DNA of 64,000 nt from Alphaproteobacteria bacterium (GCA_963665325.3 CAXXWS020000003.1:704001-768000); one strand, 5' to 3'; counted from the first letter of the stretch, positions 1-9,768 are shown. Notes: generated by a model not told the origin, from the letters alone. Numbers and translations are program-made.

Positions 1-531
1 GAGCCCCCGGCAATCGACGCTCCACTCGGCGTCCGGAACGGCCTCGGTGCCGTAGCGGACCTCGACGCCCCTTGCCTCCAGCTTTCCGACCAGCGCCTCC
101 AGCGCCCGGCGGGGATCGAGATGGGCCTCGTCGCGGAAGAGCAGCGCCCGCTGAAAGCGCCCTTCCAGGGCGGGCTCCAGCTCGTCGATGCCGGCCTCGT
201 CGAGCCAGTCGTAGTTTTCCGTGCGGCGAGCGAAGCGCCGGAGCTCGCCGGTGTCCCGGGCCGGTGCGATCACCAGGCTGCCGTGCCGGACCACGCCCGG
301 CACCCGGGCGGCCCAGAAGTCCGCCGCCCCCTGGCCCAGCGCCACCACCTCCGCCTCGGCATTCTCCCGCTCGCACCAGGGCGCCAGCATGCCGCCGGCA
401 TACCAGGAGCACTGGTCCGGCCCGAGGCCGGGGCTGCGGTCCACGACCGAGACCTGTGCACCGCGCTCGGCCAGCACGGTGGCGACCGTCAGGCCCGCAA
501 CGCCTGCGCCGATGACGGCAACGCTCGTCAT
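1..531 (-). CDS. thiO: Glycine oxidase ThiO-like FAD-dependent oxidoreductase (3' end outside window)
   Basis: Manual translation from ATG at 531: MTSVAVIGAGVAGL...CSWYAGGMLAPWCE (GxGxxG dinucleotide motif, AGGMLAP motif typical of ThiO). ATGA overlap with the upstream gene. Confidence 0.8.
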   Translation of the reverse strand, partial: MTSVAVIGAGVAGLTVATVLAERGAQVSVVDRSPGLGPDQCSWYAGGMLAPWCERENAEAEVVALGQGAADFWAARVPGVVRHGSLVIAPARDTGELRRFARRTENYDWLDEAGIDELEPALEGRFQRALLFRDEAHLDPRRALEALVGKLEARGVEVRYGTEAVPDAEWSVDCRGL

Positions 532-1694
532 TCCGCCCGGTATCTCGCCGCGAAGGCCTCGTCGATGGTGACGCCGAGGCCCGGCCGGTCCGGAATCTCC
601 AGCATCCCGTCCACGACGGTGAAATCCTCCTCCGCGAGTTCGTGCAGCATCGGATTGGCGCCGACGGAATATTCGACGATGAAGCCGCTCGTGGCTGCGG
701 CCAGCACATGCAGGCCGGCGGCGAAGGTGCAGGCGCCGCCCCAGAGATGCGGGGCGAAGCGGATCTGGTGGGCCGCGGCCAGCGCCTCAATGCGGATGGC
801 CTCGGTGATGCCGCCCGCGATGGACAGGTCCGGCTGGAAGATGTCCGCGGCGCGCAGCAATGCGAGGTCGCGGAAGGCGAAGCGCGTGAACTCGCTCTCG
901 CCGCTCGCGATGGGAATGTCGGTCGAGGCCCGGATTTCGGCCTGGCCCGCCTTGTCGTCGGCGGTCACCGGCTCCTCCAGCCAGCCGATGTGGCAGTCAG
1001 CGACGGCACGGCAGAAGCGCTTGGCCTCCGAGACGGCGAAGGTGCCGTGCGCGTCGCAGAAGATGTCGATGTCGGGCCCGAGCCCTTCGCGGGCCGCATG
1101 CACCCGCTCGATGGAGTGGCCCAGCGTCCCGTCGCCGGAGCCGACGCGCATCTTCACCGCCTTGAAACCGCCCCGGTCGAGGAAACTCTGCAGCTCGGCC
1201 ACGATGCCCGCAGTCGGTGCCCAGCCGCCGGAGGCATAGGCCGGCATGGCGGCATGGCGGCGCCCGCCGATCAGCTGCCAGACGGGCCGGTCCAGTTCCT
1301 TGCCGAGAATGTCCCAAAGCGCCATGTCGATGCCGGAAATCGCCGAGACCGTGAGCCCGCGCCGGCCCAGCACCGGGAAGACATGGCCGCGGGCGATCGC
1401 GTAATGCGCCCGGCTGCCGTTGTACATGACGTCCCAGAGGCGGGAGATGTCGCGCGGGTCCTCGCCGACCAGCAGCGGCCCGAGTTCCCGCTCGACGCAG
1501 GCCGCAAGCGCCAGATTGTTGCCGGCCGAACCGACCGCCGCCTTCGCCTCGCCGAAGCCGGTAATGCCGGCGTCGGTCTCGACGCGCACCAGGGTCGAGT
1601 CGAAGGCGCGCGTGACACCGAAATCGCTTCGATGCTGGCGTTCCTCCGGGATCGGCACATGCAGCCAGTCCGCACTGACCCTCGTGATTTTCAT
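528..1694 (-). CDS. Mandelate racemase/muconate lactonizing enzyme family (enolase superfamily)
   Basis: GIDMALWDILGK, KxK motif (KAVKMR), metal ligands in DAH, WLEEP and GESE. Confidence 0.92.
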   Translation of the reverse strand: MKITRVSADWLHVPIPEERQHRSDFGVTRAFDSTLVRVETDAGITGFGEAKAAVGSAGNNLALAACVERELGPLLVGEDPRDISRLWDVMYNGSRAHYAIARGHVFPVLGRRGLTVSAISGIDMALWDILGKELDRPVWQLIGGRRHAAMPAYASGGWAPTAGIVAELQSFLDRGGFKAVKMRVGSGDGTLGHSIERVHAAREGLGPDIDIFCDAHGTFAVSEAKRFCRAVADCHIGWLEEPVTADDKAGQAEIRASTDIPIASGESEFTRFAFRDLALLRAADIFQPDLSIAGGITEAIRIEALAAAHQIRFAPHLWGGACTFAAGLHVLAAATSGFIVEYSVGANPMLHELAEEDFTVVDGMLEIPDRPGLGVTIDEAFAARYRAE

Positions 1695-3076
1695 CGGCCC
1701 GCCCCTCCGGTCTCCGCAGCATAGGTTTCGCAGAGCAACGCGGCTTCGTCGAGTGTCTCCGCCACGCCGAAGACATAGCGGTCGGGCCTGAGCAATGCCG
1801 CCGCAAGCCCGTGTCCGGCAAGCCAGTCGTTTCCCGCCGCGACCGCCGGCACGCCATGGCTGTCCATGGCCGCATGCTCGCGCAGCAGCAATGCAGGGCC
1901 GAGGCCCACCGCATCGTCGAGGCGCCGCCCGTCACCGAGGCGCGGCTGCGGCCCCGGACGGCCGGTCAGCGGGCTCCCGCCCCGGTGCAGCCCCGGTCCG
2001 AGGCGCGGACGGATCGATTCCATCCGGTCGGTACTCTCCCCCCGTGCGGCGGCAGCGCTCACCATGTCCTCCGTACCGGTCGCATTCAGCAGCCGGCCCA
2101 TGCGCACGGCAAGCTTCACATAGTCGCGCACATGGGGGATGCGCTCGCTCGCATAGCTGTCCAGCAGGGCCTCGGGCGCGCCGCCCTGAACGACGGCCGC
2201 CAGTTTCCAGGAGAGGTTGGCCGCGTCGCGGATGCCGGCGCACATGCCTTGCCCCATGAAGGGCGGTGTCTGGTGGGCGGCGTCGCCGGCGATCAGCAGC
2301 CGGCCCCGCCGCCAGCGCCGCGCGACCACGGCGTGGAAGGTGTAGACGACGGCGCGCTCGATCTCCGCGTCTTCCGGTCCGATCCACGGCGCGAGCAGCC
2401 GCCAGACCGTTTCGGGATCGTCGCCCTCGCCGTCCTCCACCCGGATTTCCCAGCGCCGCCGGCGGCCGGTGGTGCGCACATAGGTCGCGGGCCTCGCCGG
2501 ATCGCAGAATTGCCGGGTGTAGTCGCCGAGGTCGGGGCGCGGGCGCTTCAGAGCCAGGTCGATCACCAGCCAGCGTTCGTGGAAGCCAAGGTCCTCGCTG
2601 CCGCCGCCGATTGCCGCGCGCACGTCCGAGCGCGCGCCGTCGCAGCCGACGACATAGCGCGCATTCAACGCCTCGGGATCGCCGACCTCGTGTCCGAGCC
2701 GCACCCGGACATGGCCGAACCGCCGCAGCCCGGCGCGCAGCACGCCTTCCAGCGTCGGCTGGTGGAAGCGGTAGCTCTCGTGCCAGCCCTGCGGGCCTTC
2801 TTCCATCCGCCGCGACCAGTCGAGCATCACCCGCCCGTCGCCGTCCACGAACAGCGTGCCGGGCGAGACATGCGTGCCCGCCGCGATCTCCCCGGCGAGA
2901 CCGATGGACTGGAAGACGCGCATGACCTCGTCGTCGAAATGCACCGCGCGCGGCAGCGCATAGGCCGTCCGGTCGCGCTCGAAGACATCGACCCGGAGGC
3001 CCAGGCGCCCCAGCAGATTGGCGAGGGTCGCCCCCACGGGCCCCAGTCCGACGATGGCGATGTCTGCGCTGGTCAT
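1691..3076 (-). CDS. FAD-dependent aromatic monooxygenase, MhpA-like (3-hydroxyphenylpropionate hydroxylase family)
   Basis: GLGPVG, LPRAVHFDDE, VVGCDGARS, AGDAAHQTPPFMGQGMCAGIRDA; start taken at MTSADIAIVG. Confidence 0.88.
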   Translation of the reverse strand: MTSADIAIVGLGPVGATLANLLGRLGLRVDVFERDRTAYALPRAVHFDDEVMRVFQSIGLAGEIAAGTHVSPGTLFVDGDGRVMLDWSRRMEEGPQGWHESYRFHQPTLEGVLRAGLRRFGHVRVRLGHEVGDPEALNARYVVGCDGARSDVRAAIGGGSEDLGFHERWLVIDLALKRPRPDLGDYTRQFCDPARPATYVRTTGRRRRWEIRVEDGEGDDPETVWRLLAPWIGPEDAEIERAVVYTFHAVVARRWRRGRLLIAGDAAHQTPPFMGQGMCAGIRDAANLSWKLAAVVQGGAPEALLDSYASERIPHVRDYVKLAVRMGRLLNATGTEDMVSAAAARGESTDRMESIRPRLGPGLHRGGSPLTGRPGPQPRLGDGRRLDDAVGLGPALLLREHAAMDSHGVPAVAAGNDWLAGHGLAAALLRPDRYVFGVAETLDEAALLCETYAAETGGAGR

Positions 3077-3140
3077 GCTTGTCCGGCAGCGGCGGGAGCG
3101 GCAGACTCGCACGAGTCCCCCTCGAAGGAGAAGCTGAGGA

Positions 3141-4004
3141 ATGGCGAAGCTGCGCGAAATGATTGCGGGGCCGGAGCCGGTGCTGGCGCCGCTCGTGCTC
3201 AACCCGCTGATGGCGAAGCTGGCGGAGAATGCGGGCTTTCGCGCGCTCTATCTCGGCGGCGGCGCTACCGGCTACATGAAGGTGTGTCTGGAAGCCAATC
3301 TCACGCTGACCGAAATGTGCCAGACGGCCATCGAGGTCGGCGCGGTGACGCCGCTGCCGCTCATCTTCGACGCCGCCGCCGGCTTCGGCGACCCGATGCA
3401 CATGCGCCGCACCATCGCCATGAGCGAGGCCGCCGGCTTCCAGGCCATCGAGATCGAGGACCAGTGGCTGCCGAAGCGCGCCCACCACCATATCGGCCTG
3501 GAGCATATGGTGGAGAAGGAAATCATGGCGGCGAAGGTCGCCGAAGCTGTTCGGGCCAGGCGCGGCGACGACCTGCTCATCGTCGCGCGCACCAATGCCG
3601 TCAGGGCCTCGAACATGGACGATGCCCTCGCCCGGGCCGAAGCCTACCGGGCCGCCGGCGCGGACCTGCTGCTGCTGTCGCCGCGCAATGCGGAGGAGGC
3701 GCGCTTCGTCGCCGAGCGGCTCGGCGGGCCGCTCATGTATCTCGCGAGCCCCGGCGGCATGGCCGATATCGGCATCGGCACGCAGGAGATGGCGGATATG
3801 GGCTGGAAGATCATCGCCGACCCGCAGACGCAGTTCCTCGCCTTCTACGAGAGGTCGAAGGCACTCTACCGGGAAATGACGGCCTCCTTCGCCTCGGCCG
3901 CCCACTCGCCGGAAGGCTGGCACAAGCTGCAGGACGAACTGCACGACGACATCGACCTGGAGGTACTGCTGGAAATCGAGCGGCGCACGGTGGAGAAGGG
4001 GTAG
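3141..4004 (+). CDS. Isocitrate lyase/PEP mutase family enzyme
   Basis: FDAAAGFG, IEDQWLPKR and IVARTN motifs. Confidence 0.88.
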   Translation: MAKLREMIAGPEPVLAPLVLNPLMAKLAENAGFRALYLGGGATGYMKVCLEANLTLTEMCQTAIEVGAVTPLPLIFDAAAGFGDPMHMRRTIAMSEAAGFQAIEIEDQWLPKRAHHHIGLEHMVEKEIMAAKVAEAVRARRGDDLLIVARTNAVRASNMDDALARAEAYRAAGADLLLLSPRNAEEARFVAERLGGPLMYLASPGGMADIGIGTQEMADMGWKIIADPQTQFLAFYERSKALYREMTASFASAAHSPEGWHKLQDELHDDIDLEVLLEIERRTVEKG

Positions 4005-4022
4005 GGGGACTGCCGGGTGTCT

Positions 4023-4073
4023 GCGGATTTCAGGCTAATTAAAAATCTGACTTTGAATTAGCCTGAAATCCGC
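4023..4073. promoter_or_regulatory. Perfect 18-bp inverted repeat (operator or terminator-like) upstream of the AAA ATPase gene
   Basis: GCGGATTTCAGGCTAATT-N15-AATTAGCCTGAAATCCGC. Confidence 0.6.
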
Positions 4074-4085
4074 TAAACTCCCGCC

Positions 4086-5609
4086 ATGATCGAGCGTGAC
4101 CTCGCCCCCAGGCTGACGCGAGCGGCCCGGCAATGGCCGTCCGTCACGCTTACCGGCCCCCGGCAGAGCGGCAAGACGACGCTCTGCCGCTCCCTGTTCC
4201 CGCAGCATCCCTACGAGACGCTCGAAGCGCCGGACACGCGGGCCTTCGCCATCGAGGATCCGCGCGCCTTCCTGGCCCGTTTCCCGCATGGCGCCGTCCT
4301 CGACGAAATCCAGAGGGTGCCGGACCTGCTTTCTTACCTGCAGGGCATCATCGACGCCGACCCGGCGCCAGGGCGCTGGATACTCACGGGCTCCCAGAAC
4401 CTCGCCCTGCTCGAAACGGTCGGCCAGTCGCTGGCCGGAAGAACGGCGATCTACAATCTGCTCCCGCTGACCAGGGGCGAGACGGTCCGGTTCCCCCGGC
4501 ATCCCCGGACCCTCGACGAGGTCCTCTTCACCGGATCGTACCCGCGCATCTTCGACGAAGGGATAGACCCCGACGAATGGTTCCGTTCCTATGTCGCCGC
4601 CTATATCGAACGCGATGTGCGGACGATCGCCAATGTGGGCAATCTCGCGGCGTTCCAGCGGTTCGTCGCCCTTTGCGCCGGCCGGACGGCGCAACTGCTC
4701 AACTATTCGGCGCTGGCGGGCGATTGCGGCGTTTCGCAGCCCACCGCGAAAGCCTGGCTCAGCATCCTCGAAACGAGTTTCCTCATCTTTCGCCTGCCGG
4801 CGTTCCACGCGAATATCCGCAAACGCCTCGTGAGGATGCCGAAGCTGCACTTCTACGACACCGGGCTTGTCTGCTGGCTGCTCGGCATCCGCTCGCCCGA
4901 ACAGCTGCGCTCGCATCCGCTGCGCGGCCCGATCTTCGAGACCTGGGTCGTCTCGGAGGTCGCCAAACAGCGCGTCCACCGCGGCGAACCGGGCGGGCTC
5001 TTCTTTTACCGCGACAGGAACGGGGCGGAGGCCGATCTCATCCTCCAGGGCCCCGAGGGACCGGCAATTGTCGAAGCCAAATCCGCCGAAACCGCATCCT
5101 CCGGCCTGTTCGCCGGCAACGAGCGGGTGCGGCGGAGCCTCGCCGGGGATGACGGTTCGCTCCCCGCCGCCGTCATCTACGGTGGCGACCGGCCGCAGCG
5201 CCGGGGAGCGGACCGCCTGGTCCCCTGGCGGAAATTGCGCGAGTTCGAAATGACGACGCTCACCGATGCGGACATCAAGAGACTCGCCACAAGATCCGGA
5301 CCCGAACAGTCCCTCGCCTTCTACGACATGGCGCGGCGCGTCCGTGAAAACCCTTCGAACTGGGCCGAAGAGGGGACGATGCGCTGGAGTCCTCTGGACC
5401 TCACCCGCGCGCCAAACGCCGCCGAAATCGAGTGGGCGTTCCTGGAATGCTCCCGCCAACTAAGCGGCGAGGAACATGACGAAGTCCGGCAGGACCGGGC
5501 TACGAGAATGGATGAACTCGACCGCCTCCCGACGAAGGACTCGGATTCGCTCAAGACCCGCTACCATGCAGCGCTGGTTGAGGAAATGCGCCGGCAGGAG
5601 GACGCATAG
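4086..5609 (+). CDS. AAA_14/DUF4143 family ATP-binding protein with an extra C-terminal ~120-aa region
   Basis: Walker A GPRQSGKT, Walker B VLDEIQ, LTGS, KLHFYDTGL, FYRDRNGAEADL, VEAKS. Confidence 0.9.
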   Translation: MIERDLAPRLTRAARQWPSVTLTGPRQSGKTTLCRSLFPQHPYETLEAPDTRAFAIEDPRAFLARFPHGAVLDEIQRVPDLLSYLQGIIDADPAPGRWILTGSQNLALLETVGQSLAGRTAIYNLLPLTRGETVRFPRHPRTLDEVLFTGSYPRIFDEGIDPDEWFRSYVAAYIERDVRTIANVGNLAAFQRFVALCAGRTAQLLNYSALAGDCGVSQPTAKAWLSILETSFLIFRLPAFHANIRKRLVRMPKLHFYDTGLVCWLLGIRSPEQLRSHPLRGPIFETWVVSEVAKQRVHRGEPGGLFFYRDRNGAEADLILQGPEGPAIVEAKSAETASSGLFAGNERVRRSLAGDDGSLPAAVIYGGDRPQRRGADRLVPWRKLREFEMTTLTDADIKRLATRSGPEQSLAFYDMARRVRENPSNWAEEGTMRWSPLDLTRAPNAAEIEWAFLECSRQLSGEEHDEVRQDRATRMDELDRLPTKDSDSLKTRYHAALVEEMRRQEDA

Positions 5610-5791
5610 CCGGGCCTCGGGGCCCATCGACAGCCGGCCTCTGCATTCCTTCATACACCGACCGGGAGCTTCGCCCCAACATCCCAATGCCGTCCTCGAC
5701 CGCCCGGAGAAAATCTCCTCGCGTGTCGAACGTTCAGCGCTGGACCATTTCAGCCTGAAGGGGCTCCGCACCGAACCGCGCCCGCCCGCCG

Positions 5792-6214
5792 TCAACCGGG
5801 GGCGGCGGCCTTGGGGGCCGGCTTGCGGCGGCGCCATGCGAGGCGGCGTCCGCGCCCGAGGCCGTGGCGTTTCAGGAAGCGCTGCAGCGAGGCCGCGCCG
5901 AAGGCCAGGCCCCCGGCGGCGAGCGCCCGCTGCAGCGCGCGGACGGAGAGGCCCGGCCGTTCCTCCAGAAGGTGGAAAATCCGCTCCCGCTCCGGCTCGG
6001 TCCGCGACGGGCGGCCGCTCCTCGGGTCGGCAAGCAGGTGGCCGCGCTCCCGGTAGCGCCTTACCCAGAGCGAGACGCTCGATGCGGCCACGTCGAAGCG
6101 CCGGGCCGCGGCCCGCCCGCTCATCCCCTCCTCCAGCACCGCCGCAACCGCCCGCCGGCGCAAGTCCTCGCCCACGGGCCTGCCCCGCTTCCGCTCCGTG
6201 AATATCTCCGTCAT
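5792..6214 (-). CDS. Stand-alone IS630-type helix-turn-helix protein (transposase N-terminal half, no DDE domain)
   Basis: EDLRRRAVAAVLEEGMSGRAAARRFDVAASSVSLWVRRYRERG resembles the IS630 DNA-binding domain; no DDE ORF seen downstream. Confidence 0.7.
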   Translation of the reverse strand: MTEIFTERKRGRPVGEDLRRRAVAAVLEEGMSGRAAARRFDVAASSVSLWVRRYRERGHLLADPRSGRPSRTEPERERIFHLLEERPGLSVRALQRALAAGGLAFGAASLQRFLKRHGLGRGRRLAWRRRKPAPKAAAPG

Positions 6215-6235
6215 CCGCCCTCCCCGGCCGCCCCC

Positions 6236-6325
6236 GGCGCTGCATGTTCTCTAACGGAACATCACGCCGCCCGCGGCCCGGCGCTGTATTTTCTCCAACG
6301 GAACATTGCGCGCCCGCGCCCGGCA
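6236..6325. repeat. Two imperfect ~41-bp direct repeats, the first containing the palindrome ATGTTC-N7-GAACAT
   Basis: cccggcgctgcatgttctctaacggaacatc / cccggcgctgtattttctccaacggaacatt. Confidence 0.6.
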
Positions 6326-6524
6326 GGCGCGCGCAGCTTCCCCGTTTGCCGCCCCCGGCGCTTTCAGCTGCCCGAATCCCGCGCCATGGCCGCAATGCGG
6401 CTCGTTTCGTCAGGTCATCGTTCCCGCTTCATACAGTTGAAAGCAGGAAAATAGAGTATATATTCCCATATTACAACCCCGGGAAGAAAGATATCCACAG
6501 GGCGCACGGCGTCGCCCGTCCCCG

Positions 6525-6715
6525 CCCTTATCCTGGGCAGCGACCGCGTCGGCAGCCTGCCCCGAGCCTGCCGAAGGGAGCGCCCCTCGATACGCGGCTG
6601 GCGCCGCTACTCGGGATGAGGGTCGAACGGGACTGGCGCCGCTACTCGCGATGAGGGGCTTGTGGTCCCGCCCCCGACCCTCATCCTGAGTAGCCGCAAA
6701 GCGGCGTATCGAAGG
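6525..6715. repeat. REP-like palindromic repeat cluster
   Basis: cctcgatacgc...gctactcgggatgagggtcg (6585-6625) is inverted to cgaccctcatcctgagtagc...gcgtatcgaagg (6675-6715); additional partial copies nearby. Confidence 0.75.
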
Positions 6716-6752
6716 ACCGCCTGCGCGCCGTTTCCGGCCCGCCTCTCCGGCG

Positions 6753-8474
6753 TCAGGCGCCGGCGGTGCCGCCCCGGATCAGCGTTCCCGAGCGCGCGCC
6801 GGTGGGCTCGCCGTCGCGGAGCGTGACCGCGCCGCCCACCACCGTCGCCGCGAAGCCCTCGGCCTTCTGCACCAGGCGGCGCGCGCCGCCGGGCAGGTCG
6901 GTCTCCACCGTGGGCAGGCAGGGGCTTACGCCCTCCTCGTCGAAGACGACGATGTCGGCGGCCATTCCCGCGCGCAGCAGGCCCCGGTCGCGCATGTCCC
7001 AGGCCGCGGCGTTCTCGAAGGTCAGCATCCGCACCGCCTCCTCCAGGCTGAACGCCTGCTTGTCGCGCACCCAGTAGCTCAGCAGGTGTGTCTGCAGCGA
7101 CGAGCCCATCTCCTGGCAGACATGTGCGCCCGGGTCCGAGAAGGTCGCGAGCGTGCGCGGGTTCTTCAGCATCTCGCGCACTTCCAGCGGTTTCTCGTTG
7201 ACCAGCGGCTGGACGAACATGAGGTCCTCGTTCTCCGCCATCAGGTCGAGCATCACCTCGACCGGGTTGCGGCCCGAGGACTGCGCCAGGTCCTCGACGC
7301 TGGGATCGTCCCATTTCACGTCGAACATCGGGAACAGGTTGGCGTAGTCCGGCTTGCGCGGGTCGGTGGTGGCCGCACCGCCGCCCTGGAACTCGGTGCC
7401 CTTGGGCTTCATCCCGGCTTCGGCGGCGACCAGCCCGGCGCGAACCTCCGGGTCCTGGAAGCGGGCCTTCTGCTCCTCGACCGGCAGATTGCGGATCTCG
7501 TTCCAGACCGGCAGCGCGTCGAAGGGCAGGTAGGACTTCATCGAGAAGAGCGCGTTGATCGACCGCGTGGTGGCCTGCCCGAAGACCCGGCCGCCCTCGG
7601 CCGCAACGCGGTCCATCCACTCGAACTGGTATGTGAACGGGTTGGGGTTGTCGCCCTGGCTCGACGAGAGCGCGCCCAGCATGAGCGGGCGGCGGCTCGA
7701 TACGGCGATCCTGCCGAGCTCCGCGTAGCATGCCTTCTGCGCCTCGCCGCCGGAGACATCCGGCCCGACCTGGAAGATGCCGGCGTTCAGCTCGCCCATC
7801 GCGCCCACCAGATGCGCGATCTCCGACCAGGCCGCGATACGGCTCGCGACCGGCTCGCCGTCCGGACGGATATGGGTGTTGGCCCGGGACGAGGAGAAGC
7901 CCATGGCGCCGACCCCGAGCGCCTCCTGCACCAGGTGGGCCATCAGCTTCAGGTCGTCGTCATCGGCCTCGCGGTCGAGCGCGCGGTCCCCCATCGCATA
8001 CATGCGCAGCGCCGAGTGGCCGATATAGGCGGCGTAGTTGATGGCCTTGGGGAACGAGTCGACGGCGGCCATATATTCCGGGAAGGTCTCCCAGCGCCAG
8101 TCGATGCCGGCGACCATGGCGTCCTTGGGGATGTCCTCCACCGCTTCAAGGCACTCGGCATACCACTCCCGCGCCTCGGGCTTGCAGGGCGCCAGCGCGA
8201 AACCGCAATTGCCCATCACCACCGTGGTCACGCCGTGCCAGCAGGAACAGCTTCCGAGCGGGTCCCAGGCCACCTGGGCGTCCATATGCGTGTGCCCGTC
8301 TATGAAACCCGGCGCGACGATCATGCCCTCGGCGTCGATTACTTCGTCGGCGGGGCTGCGTATCCGCCCGATCTCGGCAATGCGGCCCTGCCTGACGCCG
8401 ATATCCGCCCGGTAGCGGGGCATTCCGGAGCCGTCCACCACCGTGCCGTTCCGGATGAGAAGATCGAAAGACAT
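6753..8474 (-). CDS. N-acyl-D-amino-acid deacylase family amidohydrolase
   Basis: APGFIDGHTHMD, GVTTVVMGNCG, SDPGAH, RGLLRAGMAADIVVFD. Confidence 0.9.
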   Translation of the reverse strand: MSFDLLIRNGTVVDGSGMPRYRADIGVRQGRIAEIGRIRSPADEVIDAEGMIVAPGFIDGHTHMDAQVAWDPLGSCSCWHGVTTVVMGNCGFALAPCKPEAREWYAECLEAVEDIPKDAMVAGIDWRWETFPEYMAAVDSFPKAINYAAYIGHSALRMYAMGDRALDREADDDDLKLMAHLVQEALGVGAMGFSSSRANTHIRPDGEPVASRIAAWSEIAHLVGAMGELNAGIFQVGPDVSGGEAQKACYAELGRIAVSSRRPLMLGALSSSQGDNPNPFTYQFEWMDRVAAEGGRVFGQATTRSINALFSMKSYLPFDALPVWNEIRNLPVEEQKARFQDPEVRAGLVAAEAGMKPKGTEFQGGGAATTDPRKPDYANLFPMFDVKWDDPSVEDLAQSSGRNPVEVMLDLMAENEDLMFVQPLVNEKPLEVREMLKNPRTLATFSDPGAHVCQEMGSSLQTHLLSYWVRDKQAFSLEEAVRMLTFENAAAWDMRDRGLLRAGMAADIVVFDEEGVSPCLPTVETDLPGGARRLVQKAEGFAATVVGGAVTLRDGEPTGARSGTLIRGGTAGA

Positions 8475-8562
8475 CGCGCGCTACCCCGAAGGCTGTTTCA
8501 TTCGGGCGGAACCGTAACAGCCCCGGAATGGTGCGACAATGCGCCCACGGTGACCCGCGGAG

Positions 8563-9759
8563 TCAGCGCGTGTCCACCTTCAGCACGATGGCCGCTGCGC
8601 TGTCGCCCGCCGCGCAGCCGGTGAAGAGCCCGTATCCGCCGCCCCTGAGCGCCAGTTCCTCGATCAGCTCCACCACCAGGCGCATGCCCGTCGGACCCTG
8701 TGGATGGCCGAAAATGAGCGATGAGCCGTAATTGTTCATCCGTTCGGCCTCGAACCCCGTCGCCTCGGCGAAATAGAGATCGTTCACGGCGAAGGGGTTA
8801 TGCGTCTTGACGACGGCGATCTCGTCCATCCCGAGCTCCGCATCGGCCAGCGCTGCCTCGGCCGCCGCGACCGGTGCCATGCCCATATAGGCTTTCTCCG
8901 CTCGCCCCTCGCCGAAAGCGAGGAGTTGCACGGAGATGGTCTCGTCCCGGCCGAGTTCCCCGGCCTGCTCCGCGGTGCCCAGCAGCATGCCGGCATTTCC
9001 GTCCGCCGGATGGGTCTGCGCCGCGGCGGTGACGGTCCCGTTCCCGATAACGGGCGCGAGTGCCGCCACGCGCTCTTCGGTACGCTCGCGGATGCCCTCG
9101 TCGCCGGAGACGGTCGTCGCCTGACGCTTCCCGCCAACCGGGACATCCACCATGTAGCGGCGCTGAAACGCGCAGTCGTCGGCGAGTGCCATGCCGTATT
9201 GCTCTTGCCGGAGGAGCGCCAGGTCGTCCTGCGCCCGTCGCGAATATCCGAACCGCGCGGCGATGTTCTCGGCGGTCTGGATCATGGCCACATCGGCATA
9301 GGGGTCTTCGTTGAAATTGTCCCACACCCAATGTTCGGTGACGCCCCGGCCTCCGGGCCCGCCGGGATCGGGATAGTAGAGCGTGGGTCCGTTGCTGATC
9401 CGGTCCGCCGCAAGCGCCAGGGTCCGGGCGCTGCCGCCGAGCTCCACGGCGCCGGCGGCCGAGGCGATGACCCGTGCCGAGGTGGCGCAGGCCTGAGACA
9501 GCGTCGGCCCTGTGACCCGGTCCGCGCCGATCAGCGCGCCGATCCAGGGCGCGCCCCAGAAGCTCTTGTGCTGTGGAACCGTCATGCCGAAATGGATGCC
9601 GTCCAGGCTCTCCGGCTCGCACCCCGCCGCATCGAGGAATGCAGAGGCGCAGGAGGCGGCAAGCCGTATCGGGTGTTCGCCGCTCAGGCGGCCCTGCCAG
9701 CGGCAGAAGGGCGTGCTCCAGTAGCCGCCGTAAGGGATATGGACCTTCTCGAATCGCAT
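8563..9759 (-). CDS. Thiolase family protein (HNPF variant)
   Basis: QACATS catalytic Cys, THNPF, GHPQGPTG, GCAAGD. Confidence 0.9.
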   Translation of the reverse strand: MRFEKVHIPYGGYWSTPFCRWQGRLSGEHPIRLAASCASAFLDAAGCEPESLDGIHFGMTVPQHKSFWGAPWIGALIGADRVTGPTLSQACATSARVIASAAGAVELGGSARTLALAADRISNGPTLYYPDPGGPGGRGVTEHWVWDNFNEDPYADVAMIQTAENIAARFGYSRRAQDDLALLRQEQYGMALADDCAFQRRYMVDVPVGGKRQATTVSGDEGIRERTEERVAALAPVIGNGTVTAAAQTHPADGNAGMLLGTAEQAGELGRDETISVQLLAFGEGRAEKAYMGMAPVAAAEAALADAELGMDEIAVVKTHNPFAVNDLYFAEATGFEAERMNNYGSSLIFGHPQGPTGMRLVVELIEELALRGGGYGLFTGCAAGDSAAAIVLKVDTR

Positions 9760-9768
9760 CGCTGCACC

